The notes under the pieces are model-generated. The model searched no databases. It saw only the letters and a list, made by a program, of their open reading frames with translations, and was not told the origin of the DNA. Source: Macrostomum lignano (Eukaryota). From it: a stretch of 64,000 bases of DNA. The stretch is from positions 1 to 64,000 of the forward strand of contig NIVC01002858.1 in assembly GCA_002269645.1 (NCBI GenBank), given 5' to 3'. This document shows, one piece after another, positions 31,167 to 44,829 of the stretch; positions within the stretch are counted from its first letter, which is position 1; every line of letters starts with the position of its first letter. The translations under genes were made by a program, and so were the position numbers.

Positions 31167-31654
31167 TTTCAGACGCTTAGAGATTTAAGCCCTCGTTCAC
31201 GAACTCCATGTTAAACTTATTTTTTACTTAACTTCCTGCGCGTGGCAAATAAAAAAAGATCTGCTCAAGCAATCAACACGCAGCTGACTGTACGGCCAAA
31301 AAGAAAGCCGATCTTTATCTTCCAGTCTCCGTGTGCCCACGGACTGAGAGGCGTCATTTAATTGGGCGGAGGTCCCTGTCACGGGGGGGGGGAGAGTCAA
31401 GGACTGCAATCTGATATTCTGGCTATAAAATTATTCTATCAAGATTTCACTTCTCGCTCGTTTTTTTAGGGATTTCCCTTCTCGCCTTCTGTTCGACTAA
31501 TTTTTTTATGAGCAAATCCGCTTTCTGGTACTGCTGCTTTATCTCATTTCAACTTCTCTTTTCTCATCTCTACACTTCTCAAACCTTTCTACACCTCCCT
31601 TTTTTCCATAATTAACCTCAATTTTCTCACTTCCTTGACCTCGGTTCTCACCCC

Positions 31655-32150
31655 TCTCTATGATACCCTCTGTACCCTCTCTATGATACCCTCTGTACCC
31701 TCTCTATGATACCCTCTGTAAATTCTCTATGATACCCTCTGTATTCTCTCTATGATACCCTCTCTACAATCTCTATGATACCATCTGTACATTCTCTATG
31801 ATACCCTCTCTACAATCTCTATGATATCCTCTGTACATTCTCTATGATATCCTCTGTACATTCTCTATGACATCCTCTGTACATCCTCTATGATGCCCTC
31901 TGTACCCTCTCTCTATGATATCCTCTGTACATCCTCTATGATACCCTCTGTACCCTCTCTCTATGATATCCTCTGTCATCCTCTATGATACCCTCTGTAC
32001 CCTCTCTCTATGATACCCTCTGTACCCTCTCTATGATACCCTCTGTACATTCTCTATGGTACCCTATGTAAATTCTCTATGATACCCTCTGTACATTCTC
32101 TATGATACCCTCTCTACCCTCTCTACCCTTTCTACCCTCTCTACCCTCTC
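31655..32150. repeat. 21-23-bp minisatellite (CTCTATGATACCCTCTGTACAT variants)
   Basis: Direct inspection. Confidence 0.9.
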
Positions 32151-32455
32151 TATCCTCTCTCCCTCTAAACCTTCAATACCCTCTATTACCTTCTGTACCC
32201 TAATAAGCAAAGTAAACAATTATTTTATAAAATCGTGCTCTTAGTAAGCGGCTGTAGATTATTTTCTATCTTCCCAACTGATTCCCATCAGGTTCTAGTT
32301 CCCATGCAGGGAGAGGCAGCTCACACTTTCTGTCAATCTGTCTCCCTGTCTCTCTCTTCAAATCCCCAAAAATGTTTCCCTATAGGTCGCTCGCGCCAAG
32401 TCAAACAAAGACCACAACAGTGCCACGCTTCCTGCTCGCTCTTCCAGTTGAGCAC

Positions 32456-32460
<5 letters not shown>

Positions 32461-32542
<82 letters not shown>
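32461..32542. repeat. (TC)n microsatellite
   Basis: Pure dinucleotide run. Confidence 0.98.
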
Positions 32543-32545
<3 letters not shown>

Positions 32546-34375
32546 CCTACGATTATTATTATAAAAAGAATGATTTTGAAATTGTCTCCCAACGCACTGA
32601 CAACGGAAGACTAAAAATCGAACGGAAACTCAACAACAAGAGGAAACAAAACATTGGGATCGGCGGGACAAATCCCCCCCCCCGGGTTGCTGAGCGATCC
32701 ATTTCCTGTTGCCACATGTCTTTGTCTTTCCGCCTTTCTCTCTCTGCCCTATACGTCGGCTGAACAATTTAAAACCTTATTCTGTCCTATTGCATTGCCC
32801 AACCCTCTCTCCCTCTCTCTCTTTATCTACGCACCCCTGTTAATTGGCATCGCATGGCAACTAAGCTTAGGCGAGGAATAGGAGACGAGAGAACGAGGGA
32901 GAGGGGAGGGACTGCTGGCCTGGGTGCCATCCCTGTCAATCAATATTGCGGGTGCTATATACGCATGTGCCGTGTTTTTCAGTCTTTATTCCTCTTGATG
33001 GATCCTTTTTTTGAGGGGTTGAGGCCTCTCAACTTTCGATCTCTAAACGTCTGCCAGAGAGCCTTGATCATTCACAGCCAACAGCCACCTGTGACAGCTT
33101 CGCAGCCTTCGCTGCGTAGTAGCCATGGCTCGTGCCGCGTGCACGCATTCGCTCGCTCTCAACCTATTTTTTCTATTCAATCGGGTTCTTTTTTCTCACT
33201 CTCCGCCGCGTGGCAGCTTCTCCACACATTGGGATCGATCCTTGATTCTTTGTCTTCACATTTGATACGGCTGCCAACCGCCAAAAACACTCTACACTAT
33301 GCGTGTGTGAGCTATGAGATTGCAACAAGTGCCCCCACCCCCGACCAGTTGCATGAGGGGCAGCTGCTGCTGCGGTGGGAACAGCAGGTAAAAATAGGGT
33401 AGGTCTGTTACTACACCGATACGTTACAGACCTCTCTTCTCTCTCCCCTCAGAACTCTTCTCTACTTTCTCCTCTCCTCTCTCCTCTCCTGACCCCACTC
33501 TTCTCTCTTCCCTCTCTTCAGTTCTTTTTTCTTCTATTTTGATTTTTATAGGTAAAGATTTATACCAATCTATCCTCTAATCTCTACTTTTATTTTCTCT
33601 CATCCCAACTCTAGTTCCTCTGCCTTTCCTCCTCAATCTGGCCCGCCGCCGTGAGCCAGATTCTTAATCGAGCACTCGAGGTAAAAAATAAGATATCCCC
33701 AATCCCGTCCCGCATAAATTTATAAGTTTAAACGCCCCCCCCCTCGGGGATTCGCCGCTAGCTTTTAACTCCATCTGTTCTGAATGGACTCCATGATTAT
33801 TTGGCTTGCAACCACTATACTATTAGCTATTGGACAAGCATCGAGAGGGCAAGGCAGACTGGCTAGTCTAGCTGGCTGACTCGATAAGTGTCTTGGGTTG
33901 GGGGGGGGGGGTGACGGGGTTGGAAGCGGAAGAGGCAACCGAGCCGGTTTCTGCCATAGAATATCCGCTGCAGGTGTCCAACGCGCGCCAGGGCACGCTT
34001 TTAGCCTACTGGGGTAGAGATAAAAGGGGGGAAGGGGTGGGACTGACTGGGCTTGACGTTGGGACAAAGAGAGGTGAAAGGTCACCGAATTTCAAGGGTC
34101 AGGACGCGCCGTCCACTCGATTCAGCATCGCACTCAGTATCTTTATACAGTCCCTCATTATATATTAATGCTAGTATTTCAGCTGCTGATATTATTACGA
34201 TTATTGCTGCTAAATTACTTTTGTTATAATACAGAGTAGCTATGCGCAATTTATAAGAAAAATCTTCAAACTTAAAAAGTAGTGGCTTTTAGAAACTCAA
34301 TAAAAGAAATAAAATTATTAATAGTCTAAATTTAGCGTTTAAAGTTTAGAAAACAATTCTTATAAATTCCATTTC

Positions 34376-34600
34376 TACAAAAACACTCTTCTTAGAAGTC
34401 ACATTTCTACGAAAAAACACCTGAAAAATCACGTTTCTAAGAAAACACCTTTCTTAGAAATCAAGTTTCTACGAAAGCGACTTTCTTAGAAATCAAGTTT
34501 TTACGAAACCGACTTTCTTAGAAATCAAGTTTCTAGGTAAGCGACTTTCTTAGAAATCAATTTTCTACGAAAACAGCTTTCTTAGAAATCCCATTTCTAA
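34376..34600. repeat. Degenerate minisatellite of about 32 bp (AAATCAAGTTTCTACGAAA...CTTTCTTAG)
   Basis: Direct inspection. Confidence 0.75.
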
Positions 34601-35384
34601 GGAAGTTCACCAATCAAAAAGATCGATGCGAAAAAATCGGTATTCCATTTTAAGCAATATTTTTCGCTAATTTTTTTATCGAAATCAACAACTTATTTAT
34701 TAATTATGAAAAATCATAGCTAACTCTAAAAGAGCTTAACAACGGTATCTAGGACAGGTAATTCAATCAGTTCACAAAAAACATATTGCAAGAGTCACAA
34801 GACCCAGTGTTTAGCGGGGTCGAACGCACCCTAAAGCTTACCGAAGCGAGGCTAATTAACGTGCGAAAATGGACATTTGCGTTATAGGATATAGAATTAT
34901 AATATCTATATACATATACCAAGTGTTGTCTCGTTAAACCGAGAAAAAAGACTTCAACGGAAATATTGGGTTTCAAATATTTTTTAGCTTGACAACAAGC
35001 AAACAGGCGCAGTGGCATTTATGTTATTGAATGTTGAATTTTATGGTATAGTTGCTTATCATAATGTAATTATAATATTCTAATTTGCTTTGTCATGCGG
35101 TTCTCTCCCTCTTTAAATCTTGGCCTGCCGCTTCTGCCTATTCAACCGTGTACATCTCCGCTCGCGAAAGGTTGCGCAATTTTGCTCAGATACAAACAGA
35201 CAGACAGGACTAACTTTGACCCTTGTTGGGGTTGTCTAGGTATAGCTGAATATAATTTTTACGAATGGATAGATGGATTGCGTCTGCACAATAAGGATAT
35301 CAGGTGTCCCAGGTAAGGGGTAGTTCCCATATGCTATTGACTGGGGTCTGGATTGAAGATGTTCTGGCGCAGTGAATCTGCCTC

Positions 35385-36010
35385 ATTCAGCTGGTGAATC
35401 TACTTCATTCTCTACCTCATTCAGCTGGTGAATCTACTTCATTCTCTACCTCAATCAACTGGTGAATCTACTTCATTCTCTACCTCAATCAACTGGTGAA
35501 TCTACTTCATTCTCTACCTCATTCAACTGGTGAATCTACTTCATTCTCTACCTCAATCAACTGGTGAATCTACTTTATTCTCTGCCTCATTCAACTGGTG
35601 AATCTACTTCATTCTCTACCTCATTCAACTGGTGAATCTACTTCATTCTCTACCTCATTCCACTGGTGAATCTACTTCATTCTCTACCTCATTCAACTGG
35701 TGAATCTACTTCATTCTCTACCTCATTCCACTGGTGAATCTACTTCATTCTCTACCTCATTCCACTGGTGAATCTACTTCATTCTCTACCTCATTCAGCT
35801 GGTGAATCTACTTCATTCTCTACCTCATTCAACTGGTGAATCTACTTCATTCTCTACCTCATTCAACTGGTGAATCTACTTCATTCTCTACCTCATTCAG
35901 CTGGTGAATCTACTTCATTCTCTACCTCATTCAACTGGTGAATCTACTTCATTCTCTACCTCATTTCACTGGCGAATCTACTTCATTCTTTACCTTATTC
36001 AGTTGGTGAA
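35385..36010. repeat. 34-bp minisatellite (CTGGTGAATCTACTTCATTCTCTACCTCATTCAA), about 18 copies
   Basis: Direct inspection; no spacers. Confidence 0.95.
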
Positions 36011-36639
36011 TTTTGCATACAAAAAGCTTAAACCAAAGTTTTGAGTGCCAAAATTTATACAGAATATGAAACTGCGGTGACAATGGCCACCATATCTTGC
36101 CGCTTTCACAATCCTTGTTGATTGATTGATCTCACGAAATCGAGTTAACTCAACTCCGAGGGCATATGTGTAATGATAACTCTCACAACTGTTATTATTT
36201 TATCCAGGGAGTTTTCAGCTCCATATGGTCGATTAAACCAACGGAAAAAAGGTGTCGACATTTGGGATATTTTTATCGCCTCCATTTATTTTAGTCAGGA
36301 AATTGGGCGTTGAGCCCCATTCTGCGTCACACGTAATCTGTAAAGTAACTGGGAGAAAAACCTGTTTAAGTGAGCCACGCGACTGAGGTAACACTTGAAG
36401 TTGACTGTAGAGGTTCTGCTGTAACCGCTTCTCCTCGACAGGTCCGCCCGCCTCCTTAAGCTCGTATCAATCAGTCAACAAAGAGTAGCCTATCTATAAC
36501 TTCTTTTAAGAGTCTTTGTCATCCAATTGGGACTGTTTTTAACACCTTTCGTAACTAGCAAGCAGGTGCGTGACTGCGCCATGTTCTGCTGATGTCTTGC
36601 ATACGAGTGTAGGTTGCTGGCGTATCCGATTCCAATTTT

Positions 36640-38708
36640 GGCGCCCCTAAGCATCGAACTTTGGCGCCCCTAAGCATCGAACTTTGGCGCCCCTAAGCAT
36701 CGAAATTTGGCGCCCCTAAGCATCGAACTTTGGCGCCCCTAAGCATCGAAATTTGGCGCCACTAAGCATCGAACTTTGGCGCCCCTAAGCATCAAAATTA
36801 AGCGCCCCTAAGCATCGAAATTTGGCGCCACTAAGCATCGAACTTTAGCGCCCCTAAGCATCAAAATTAAGCGCCCCTAAGCATCGAACTGTAGTGCCAC
36901 TAAGCATCGAACTTTAGCGCCCCTAAGCATCGAACTTTAGCGCCCTAAGCATCGAACTTTGGCGTCCCTAAGCATCGAACTTTGGCGCCTTTAAGCATCG
37001 AACTTTGGCGTCCCTAAGCATCGAACTTTGGCGCCTTTAAGCATCGAACTTTAGCGCCCCTAAGCATCGAACTTTGGCGCCCTTAAGCATCGAACTTTGG
37101 CGCCTCTAAGCATCGAACTTTGGCGCCACTAAGCATCGAAATTTGGCGCCCCTAAGCATCGAACTTGGCGCCCCTAAGCATCGAACTTTAGCGCCTTTAA
37201 GTATCGAACTTTGGCGCCTTTAAGCATCGAACTTTGGCGTCCCTAAGCATCGAACTTTGGCGCCCCTAAGCATCAAAATTAAGCGCCCCTAAGCATCGAA
37301 CTGTAGTGCCACTAAGCATCAAACTTTAGCGCCACTAAGCATCGAACTTTGGCGCCACTAAGCATTGAACTTTGGCGTCACTAAGCATCGAAATTTGGCG
37401 CCTCTAAGCATCGAAATTTGGCGTCACTAAGCATCGAACTTGGCGCCCCTAAGCATCGAACTTTGGCGCCCCTAAGCATCGAACTTTAGCGCCTTTAAGT
37501 ATCGAACTTTGGCGCCTTTAAGCATCGAACTTTGGCGTCCCTAAGCATCGAACTTTGGCGCCTTTAAGCATCGAGCTTTAGCGCCCCTAAGCATCGAACT
37601 TTGGCGCCACTAAGCATTGAACTTTGGCGTCACTAAGCATCGAAATTTGGCGCCTCTAAGCATCGAAATTTGGCGTCACTAAGCATCGAACTTGGCGCCC
37701 TTAAGCATCGAACTTTAGCGCCTTTAAGTATCGAACTTTAGCGCCTTTAAGTATCGAACTTTGGCGCCCCTAAGCATCGAACTTTGGCGTCCCTAAGCAT
37801 CGAACTTTGGCGCCCCTAAGCATCGAACTTTGGCGTCCCTAAGCATCGAACTTTGGCGCCCCTAAGCATCAAAATTAAGCGCCCCTAAGCATCGAACTGT
37901 AGTGCCACTAAGCATCAAACTTTAGCGCCACTAAGCATCGAACTTTGGCGCCACTAAGCATTGAACTTTGGCGTCACTAAGCATCGAAATTTGGCGCCTC
38001 TAAGCATCGAAATTTGGCGTCACTAAGCATCGAACTTGGCGCCCCTAAGCATCGAACTTTGGCGCCCCTAAGCATCGAACTTTGGCGCCCCTAAGCATCG
38101 AACTTTAGCGCCTTTAAGTATCGAACTTTGGCGCCTTTAAGCATCGAACTTTGGCGTCCCTAAGCATCGAACTTTGGCGCCTTTAAGCATCGAACTTTGG
38201 CGCCTTTAAGCATCGAACTTTGGCGTCCCTAAGCATCGAACTTTGGCGCCTTTAAGCATCGAGCTTTAGCGCCCCTAAGCATCGAACTTTGGCGCCACTA
38301 AGCATTGAACTTTGGCGTCACTAAGCATCGAAATTTGGCGCCTCTAAGCATCGAAATTTGGCGTCACTAAGCATCGAACTTGGCGCCCCTAAGCATCGAA
38401 CTTTGGCGCCCCTAAGCATCGAACTTTGGCGCCCCTAAGCATCGAACTTTAGCGGCTTTAAGTATCGAACCTTAGCGCCTTTAAGTATCGAACTTTGGCG
38501 CCCCTAAGCATCGAACTTTGGCGTCCCTAAGCATCGAACTTTGGCGCCCCTAAGCATCGAACTTTGGCGTCCCTAAGCATCGAACTTTGGCGCCCCTAAG
38601 CATCGAACTTTGGCGCCCCTAAGCATCGAACTTTGGCGCCCCTAAGCATCGAACTTTGGCGCCCCTAAGCATCGAACTTTGGCGCCCCTAAGCATCGAAC
38701 TTTAGCGC
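36640..38708. repeat. 23-bp satellite (GGCGCCCCTAAGCATCGAACTTT), about 90 copies with internal block duplications
   Basis: Direct inspection. Confidence 0.95.
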
Positions 38709-39002
38709 AACTATACCGCAGACTATTGCGCAATGCTACAAGGAAGATACAACCCCCCGTATATGGCATAATAATAATAATAATATGACCAATCAAACCA
38801 CTATTTCATGCTTAATAAAATCCCAACTTATGCCTGTTAACTCTGCCAGCGTCAGCGAAGCGAACTTCAAGTTGCTGGGGCGGTGCTGCATGCGGGCAAG
38901 ATCCTCCCTATTAGCAACTGGCGTCGCGTGTTGCGGTGAGTGACCAGCTCTCCAGATCTCGTCGCCCACTTGTCCCTGGAACTGTGCCAAAAATCTGCGG
39001 AG

Positions 39003-39042
<40 letters not shown>

Positions 39043-39245
39043 CTGTTTGCTAACTGGGTGCCTCAATACACCTCCTTCTCAAAGTAGACAATAGAATTGA
39101 AAACCACGTGCCAAAAAAGAATTTCTCTTCACCTCCACTCCACTGGACGCGGTCTTTGTCGTCAGTCAGAACTCGTCACGGTGCTTCCGATTCACCTGTC
39201 GTGGGGGGGGGGTGGTCTTTGTCTTGCCCGCCCGTCCCTGCGCCT

Positions 39246-39277
<32 letters not shown>

Positions 39278-39667
39278 ACCATAATGAATAATTATGAATT
39301 CATGCAGGATTACTTCCAAAGGCTATGCGTATATTTGCAAAGCAGAATATTGAAACCTGATAGTTAAAGCAGATATACTCCAGTCTGCTTTCGTACTGTA
39401 CCGGGCCCTGGAAGGGTGGGTGCATGTTTAATAAGGAGCGTGCTTAGCAACTATTCTGTAATCCAAAATTATCGAGCCTCCCACTGACTACCTATAAAGC
39501 TACTGGGATTTTTGTAATTCAATCTGCACACGCTCAGTGGGAGAGCCGTGAATTTGGAGAGCCTATAGTGAATATGAGGAGCTGCTTCTCTAAAAATTTT
39601 CGCATGGCTCAACACCTGGAAAAATTTTCTGCCAGCATATGTTTGCACAGGTCATAAATACAATATT

Positions 39668-40086
39668 GCATGGGTCATAGAGACTGCCGCACGGGTCATA
39701 GAGACTGCCGCACGGGTCAAAGAGACTGTACTGAACAGGTCATAGAGACTGTACTGCACGGGTCATAGAGACTGTACCGCACGGGTCATAGAGACTACCA
39801 CACGGGTCATAGACACTGTACCGCATGGTCATAGAGACTACCACACGTGTCATAGACACTGTACCGCACGTGTCATAGAGACTACCACACGGGTCATAGA
39901 CACTGTACCGCACGGGTCATAGAGACTGTACCGCACGGGTCATAGAGACTACCACACGGGTCATAGACACTGTACCGCACGGGTCATAGACTCTGTACCG
40001 CACGGGTCATAGAGACTGTACCGCACGGGTCATAGACACTGTACCACACGGGTCATAGACACTGTACCGCACGGGTCATAGAGACT
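39668..40086. repeat. 20/23-bp minisatellite (CACGGGTCATAGAGACTGTACCG)
   Basis: Direct inspection. Confidence 0.9.
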
Positions 40087-40606
40087 AGCTTCTAAATCTA
40101 CCTAAATCAGCTACACCAGTCAGTTCACAGATATACACAATGTCACAGTGCGTTCTGAAAGTGTTTGTAGCAATTGAAAGAGCTACCAATTGCTGAATTA
40201 TAGAGTCAGAATTAAAAAGGTAAGTTATAATTGAGTACAAGCAGCACCTGCAGATTTCTCCCATTTGTAGATCCCTGCAATAGAGAGTGAAATATTGTGT
40301 ATCAAATTGGGGTTTTTAATGCTTCTTTCTGCCTCATTGTCGGCGGTGTCGAATTTCTGTGTCAAAAAGTCTGGTTAACTATAATTTGGCCATGCAGCAT
40401 TTACAAGTGTATTTTGGTTTGGAGGCCTACAATTCAGCAGTGGCGCCAGCAGCAGCAGAACCTTACCAAACTGGATACATTCTTGCCGCAATTCTTTTAT
40501 GGACGCGGTTTCTGTTCTTTATATTTTTTAATTTTTTTCAACTTTCAATAGCAAAAAATATTTATAAGTGGCTGTTTGCAGACGAGACTGTAACGTTTGC
40601 ACCTGC

Positions 40607-40653
<47 letters not shown>

Positions 40654-40784
40654 GTAAAAGCGCGCAGTTTGTTACAATACACTGTATACAACTCTAATAA
40701 ACACGGGAGCACCTTGACGCGCCCTGAAGCAAGTGCGCAATTTCACTACTGCCATCACCTCTACTCGCTTCCCTAATCCTTCCC

Positions 40785-41530
40785 TCTCCTCTCTCCTCTT
40801 TCCTCTCTCCTCTCTCCTCTCTCCTCTCTCTTTCCTGGCTCCTCTCTCCTCTCTCCTCTCTCCTCTCTCCTCTCTCTTTCCTCTCCCCAGTCCTCTCCTC
40901 TCTCCTCACTCCTCACTCCTCTCTCCTCTCTTCTCTTCTCTTCCCTGTCCTCTCCTCTTTACTCTCCTCTGTTCTCTCCTCTCTCCCCTGTCCTCTCCTC
41001 TCTCCTCTCTCCTCTCTCCGCTCTCCTCTCTCCTCTCTCCCCTCCCCTCACTCCTCTCTCCTCTCCTCTCTTCTCTCCCCTGTCCTCTCCTCTCTCCACT
41101 CTCCTCTCCTCTCTTCTCTCCCCTGTCCTCTCCTCTCTCCACTCTCCTCTCCTCTCTTCTCTCCCCTGTCCTCTCCTCTCTCCTCTCTCCTCTCTCCTCT
41201 CTCCTCTCTCCTCTCTCTTTCCTCTCCCCAGTCCTCTCCTCTCCACTCTCTCCTCTCCTCTCTTCTCTCCCCTGTCCTCTCCTCTCTCCTCTCTCCTCTC
41301 TCCTCTCTCCTCTCTCCTCTCTCCTCACTCCTCTCTCCTCTCCTCTCTTCTCTCCCCTGTCCTCTCCTCTTTCCTCTCTCCTCTCTCCTCTCTCCTCTCT
41401 CCTCTCTACTCTCTCCTCTCATCTCTTCTCTCCCCTGTCCTCTCCTCTCTCCTCTCTCCTCTCTCCTCTCTCTTTCCTCTCCCCAGTCCTCTCCTCTCTC
41501 CACTCTCCTCTCCTCTCCGTTCTCCCCTTC
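40785..41530. repeat. Pyrimidine-rich (CTCTC)n-type low-complexity tract
   Basis: Direct inspection. Confidence 0.95.
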
Positions 41531-44103
41531 CCTCTCTCCCTCTATTTTCTATTCAATTTTCACCGTTTCACACCACAGTCGTGAGTCATTTTTTACAGTT
41601 GAATTTTATATCGAATGATAGAAGCCAACATTAGCAACACAATTTTATACAAAATATGCTGTCTACATTGCGCTAGAAAAACCTTCTTAATTGTTTGTTT
41701 ACGAATTATTAAAGTTTATTTTTAATGCACAAAAGAAAAAATGTAATGCAATATGAAATGGACTACAAAAATAATTCATTCATAATGAATAACTTTTACT
41801 GTAACTGGGTTAACAATACAATGCCTAATAAATTTGTCAGTATTTTGAAAATTGAAGTTACTGAACTATCGAAAAATGTTTCAATAGCAAAAATAAATAG
41901 AAAAAAGAATAACAATTATGAGAGTAAACTGTACAGGACTTGAGTCTTGGTATTCAACTATGATGAAAAAATAGTTTAGTGTACAATTTTTTACACGCAT
42001 TCAAACAAAAATTATTTGTCGTAATGATAATAAGTAAAAGCACAGTCTAATTGGTTTTTAGAGAGTGAAAACTGATTAGAAAAAATTCATAATTAATTCA
42101 TACAACTTTATTTTGTCTGCTTTAGCAGGCAGAGTTTAAATTGTAACAAAGTTCAACTTGTTGCCATGGTCACGGGTAGCGGAGAAAAAAAGAAATTGTT
42201 TTTCGCTATTTTTCTTCGGCCACGGGGAGGCGGTGGTAGCGAAGTTGAGTCCTTCTTCCGTTTCGGTTCCTACCGGGGCGTGACCAGAAAGCTGAAATTA
42301 AAAGGAAACAGAGAAAGTTAAAGAAACAGATAGAATTTAAATTCGTGCCATTTTTGTAATCAACTTATGCGTCTATAGAAGGCAATGATGGGTCTTTGTT
42401 ATAAATATAAACCTGTTGGTCTTCTTTCTTGGACCTGAGCAAGACCGTTTGCCTAAATTTTATTCTCATATTTCACTCAATGCTAGCTGCTTCAAATTTA
42501 TTTTAATAAGTTTCTTATGTTATAAAATATGAGTGAGTAGGCTTAATCTTTAGCATATAAAACAGTGAGTCAAACAGCCTTTGCTGGTCTTTGTTCAATA
42601 TTTAATTTGAAGTGTCAGTGGCCGCTGAGTAGCCTGTGAGTCGGAGCTCAAATGATGGGGTTTGAATGAGCCGGGAGGGACACTTAAGGTCAAATCAAAC
42701 ACGGAACGAAGCAGCAGCTGCAGCAGACTCCTCTCGTGTCTCCCTGCCTGTCTGTCTGCCTGTCGGTTTGGGCCTACATGGGGACCCCGCCTACATCCAT
42801 CTATCTGTCCATATAATCAGTTAGAATCTTTGTTCTTATTGCCTTCAAGTAATATTATATATTGTCAGGCTATAATATAACAAAGTCACAGGATCAAAAA
42901 TTAACTAGGGTATATACTCGGGCCCAATATAACCCCTCGCAACCCCCTGGGGGCCTTCTATTCGGTTCGGTCTCTCGGTTCGTTTGAGCAGCTCCGCAGC
43001 GGGGGGTCAGTTTAAACTGGGCTGGGAGCTGTCACGTGCTCCCACCTCTGCAGTGGCCCCTCCTACAGCTGCTCTTAGATAGATGGTTTTGATGTCAAAT
43101 TTATATGAGATTTGGTTGCGTCATCATTCATCAACACAAGGGATTATAACTGTATTTTGAGACTCTATTAGTAATCAAATTAAAGATTACTTTTAAAGAG
43201 GGCAGCTCTCAGTCTTATATAGGACTCGAAAGATGGTGTGTGCCACCCGCTGGGCTCAAGTGTGGGGTTGTTATTTGTTAAATTAATAAGGGAAAACTTT
43301 GGTGCCTGTTATAGCCGCGGGGTGGGGATGCGAGGAGAGCAGGTGCTGCTGAGACGTGGGAAGGCAACTTCAAACACTTATGGGCCCTCTTTATAGTCTT
43401 TGTTTGTCGATAATGCGCTATTATACCGAGAAAAAAGCTTTAAGAGGCGTCGTATGAGTTGACCAAGTTTTTTAAGGAGGATTACTCTAAGTATAGATGG
43501 CAATTAAAGCTATCCACATTATGTATCCCTTATCCCGATCCCTTATATGTGTGTAAAGTTGTTTACAAACTTTGCAAAAAACACGAACGTGAAGATAAGG
43601 GACACTTGAATAACAAAGACTGCCATGCAGACCAGAAGTTTCCAGCGCGCGTTCGTCATTGGGGGGGGGTCAACAACTTTGAGCAAACACAGTGCACATA
43701 AGCTGCTCAATTAAGGCTTACTAAGAGTCAGTAAAATCTTACTTACACAGTGTAGTATATTCGGCATACACAGAGATATAGCAGTCCCGGAGTCATGCTC
43801 GGGATCGGGAGAAGTCCATTGTACATCAATAACGCATCGATTTTCCACGTTCTGTCAGCGCTTTGGGCGACTGTTTCTTCTGCTGATTGAACATGTCTGA
43901 AGTTTAATTAAAAAACAACGCAAATATGTAGGTGTTAAACGTGCACAAAATCTATTACCATGTTGCCAAATTAAATACACTTTAGGGTCGGATTGTGTTC
44001 TCGTAGATCAACCGATTGGCCTATCGACCAATGAACGAGGACTGAATCAATCAATTTGACTGAAAATTAAGGTGCCTATACAAGTCTACAAATCATTTTG
44101 ATA

Positions 44104-44829
44104 CTAACCAGACACGCGCAGCTGTACAGACGACGTCGACTTGCGCGGTCGCAGTCGAATCAGTCGAGGCGTTGTTGAGCCGCTACCGACGCCGCCGGAG
44201 TTGCCAAGCCGACTTGAGCTGAGGCAGCGCTTAATGATCGGCTGCAGCAGCCTCTGGCGAAGTCGGCCAGCGAAATTCGACGAAGCCGCCGGTGGAGGCG
44301 ACGCGGTCGGCTTGTTTTTCGGCTTCTCCGGTTGCTCCGGTTGGCCCGCCGGATGACGACGCCGTTGGTGGGTCGGCGGCGATGGCGGCGTCGGCGGCGA
44401 TGGCGGCTTCTGTTGATGCAGTCGAAGCCGACTTCGTTTGGGCGTCTCGTCGAGCTCGGACCGGCGGCTGCGTCGCAGAGCGGCAACGCTGCGAAACGCG
44501 ACAACGGAAGCGCCTCGCCTGCTCAAGCGGAACGTAGACACGGACGAAGTCAGAGCAGAGGCGGCAGTAGCGGCGGCCGGGCGTTGACGGCGCGAATAGA
44601 ACGACGGCAACTGCGAGGCCGGTCGCCATTCAAAGGCTCCTTCGTCGCTGTTGGTCGTCATTTCGACATCTTCGACGTCGTTATTGCTAGGGTCAACGAA
44701 TCGCAAGCCGAAAGTGCTCAGCGCTCGTCGCTTATCAGCCTCGATCTGGGCTAGCAGTGAGTGCAGCAGGCATTCGGTTCGGGCTTCGCTGCGCTCGGCG
44801 CTCGGGTACCAGGGCTGGAGGTGGAGCAT
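44104..44829 (-). CDS. Putative Cip/Kip-like cyclin-dependent kinase inhibitor (241 aa, single exon)
   Basis: EGAFEWRPASQLPSFYSRR resembles the p27 segment EGKYEW...SLPEFYYR. It also has a TPKR CDK site, a low-complexity basic tail, and a GC-rich upstream region with GGGCGG and CCAAT-like boxes. No clear RxLF cyclin-binding motif. Confidence 0.45.
   Translation of the reverse strand: MLHLQPWYPSAERSEARTECLLHSLLAQIEADKRRALSTFGLRFVDPSNNDVEDVEMTTNSDEGAFEWRPASQLPSFYSRRQRPAAATAASALTSSVSTFRLSRRGASVVAFRSVAALRRSRRSELDETPKRSRLRLHQQKPPSPPTPPSPPTHQRRRHPAGQPEQPEKPKNKPTASPPPAASSNFAGRLRQRLLQPIIKRCLSSSRLGNSGGVGSGSTTPRLIRLRPRKSTSSVQLRVSG

Noticed and set aside
30197-31180. 327-aa ORF of TRPKLHNS repeats
   Set aside because: By-product of a stop-free 24-bp minisatellite; no unique coding sequence or splice support.
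35385-36010. CRISPR-like appearance of the 34-bp repeats
   Set aside because: Units are directly adjacent with no spacers, there are no cas genes, and the context is eukaryotic.
40733-41584. Ser/Leu/Pro and Arg/Glu/Gly ORFs on both strands
   Set aside because: Translations of a CT-rich low-complexity tract.
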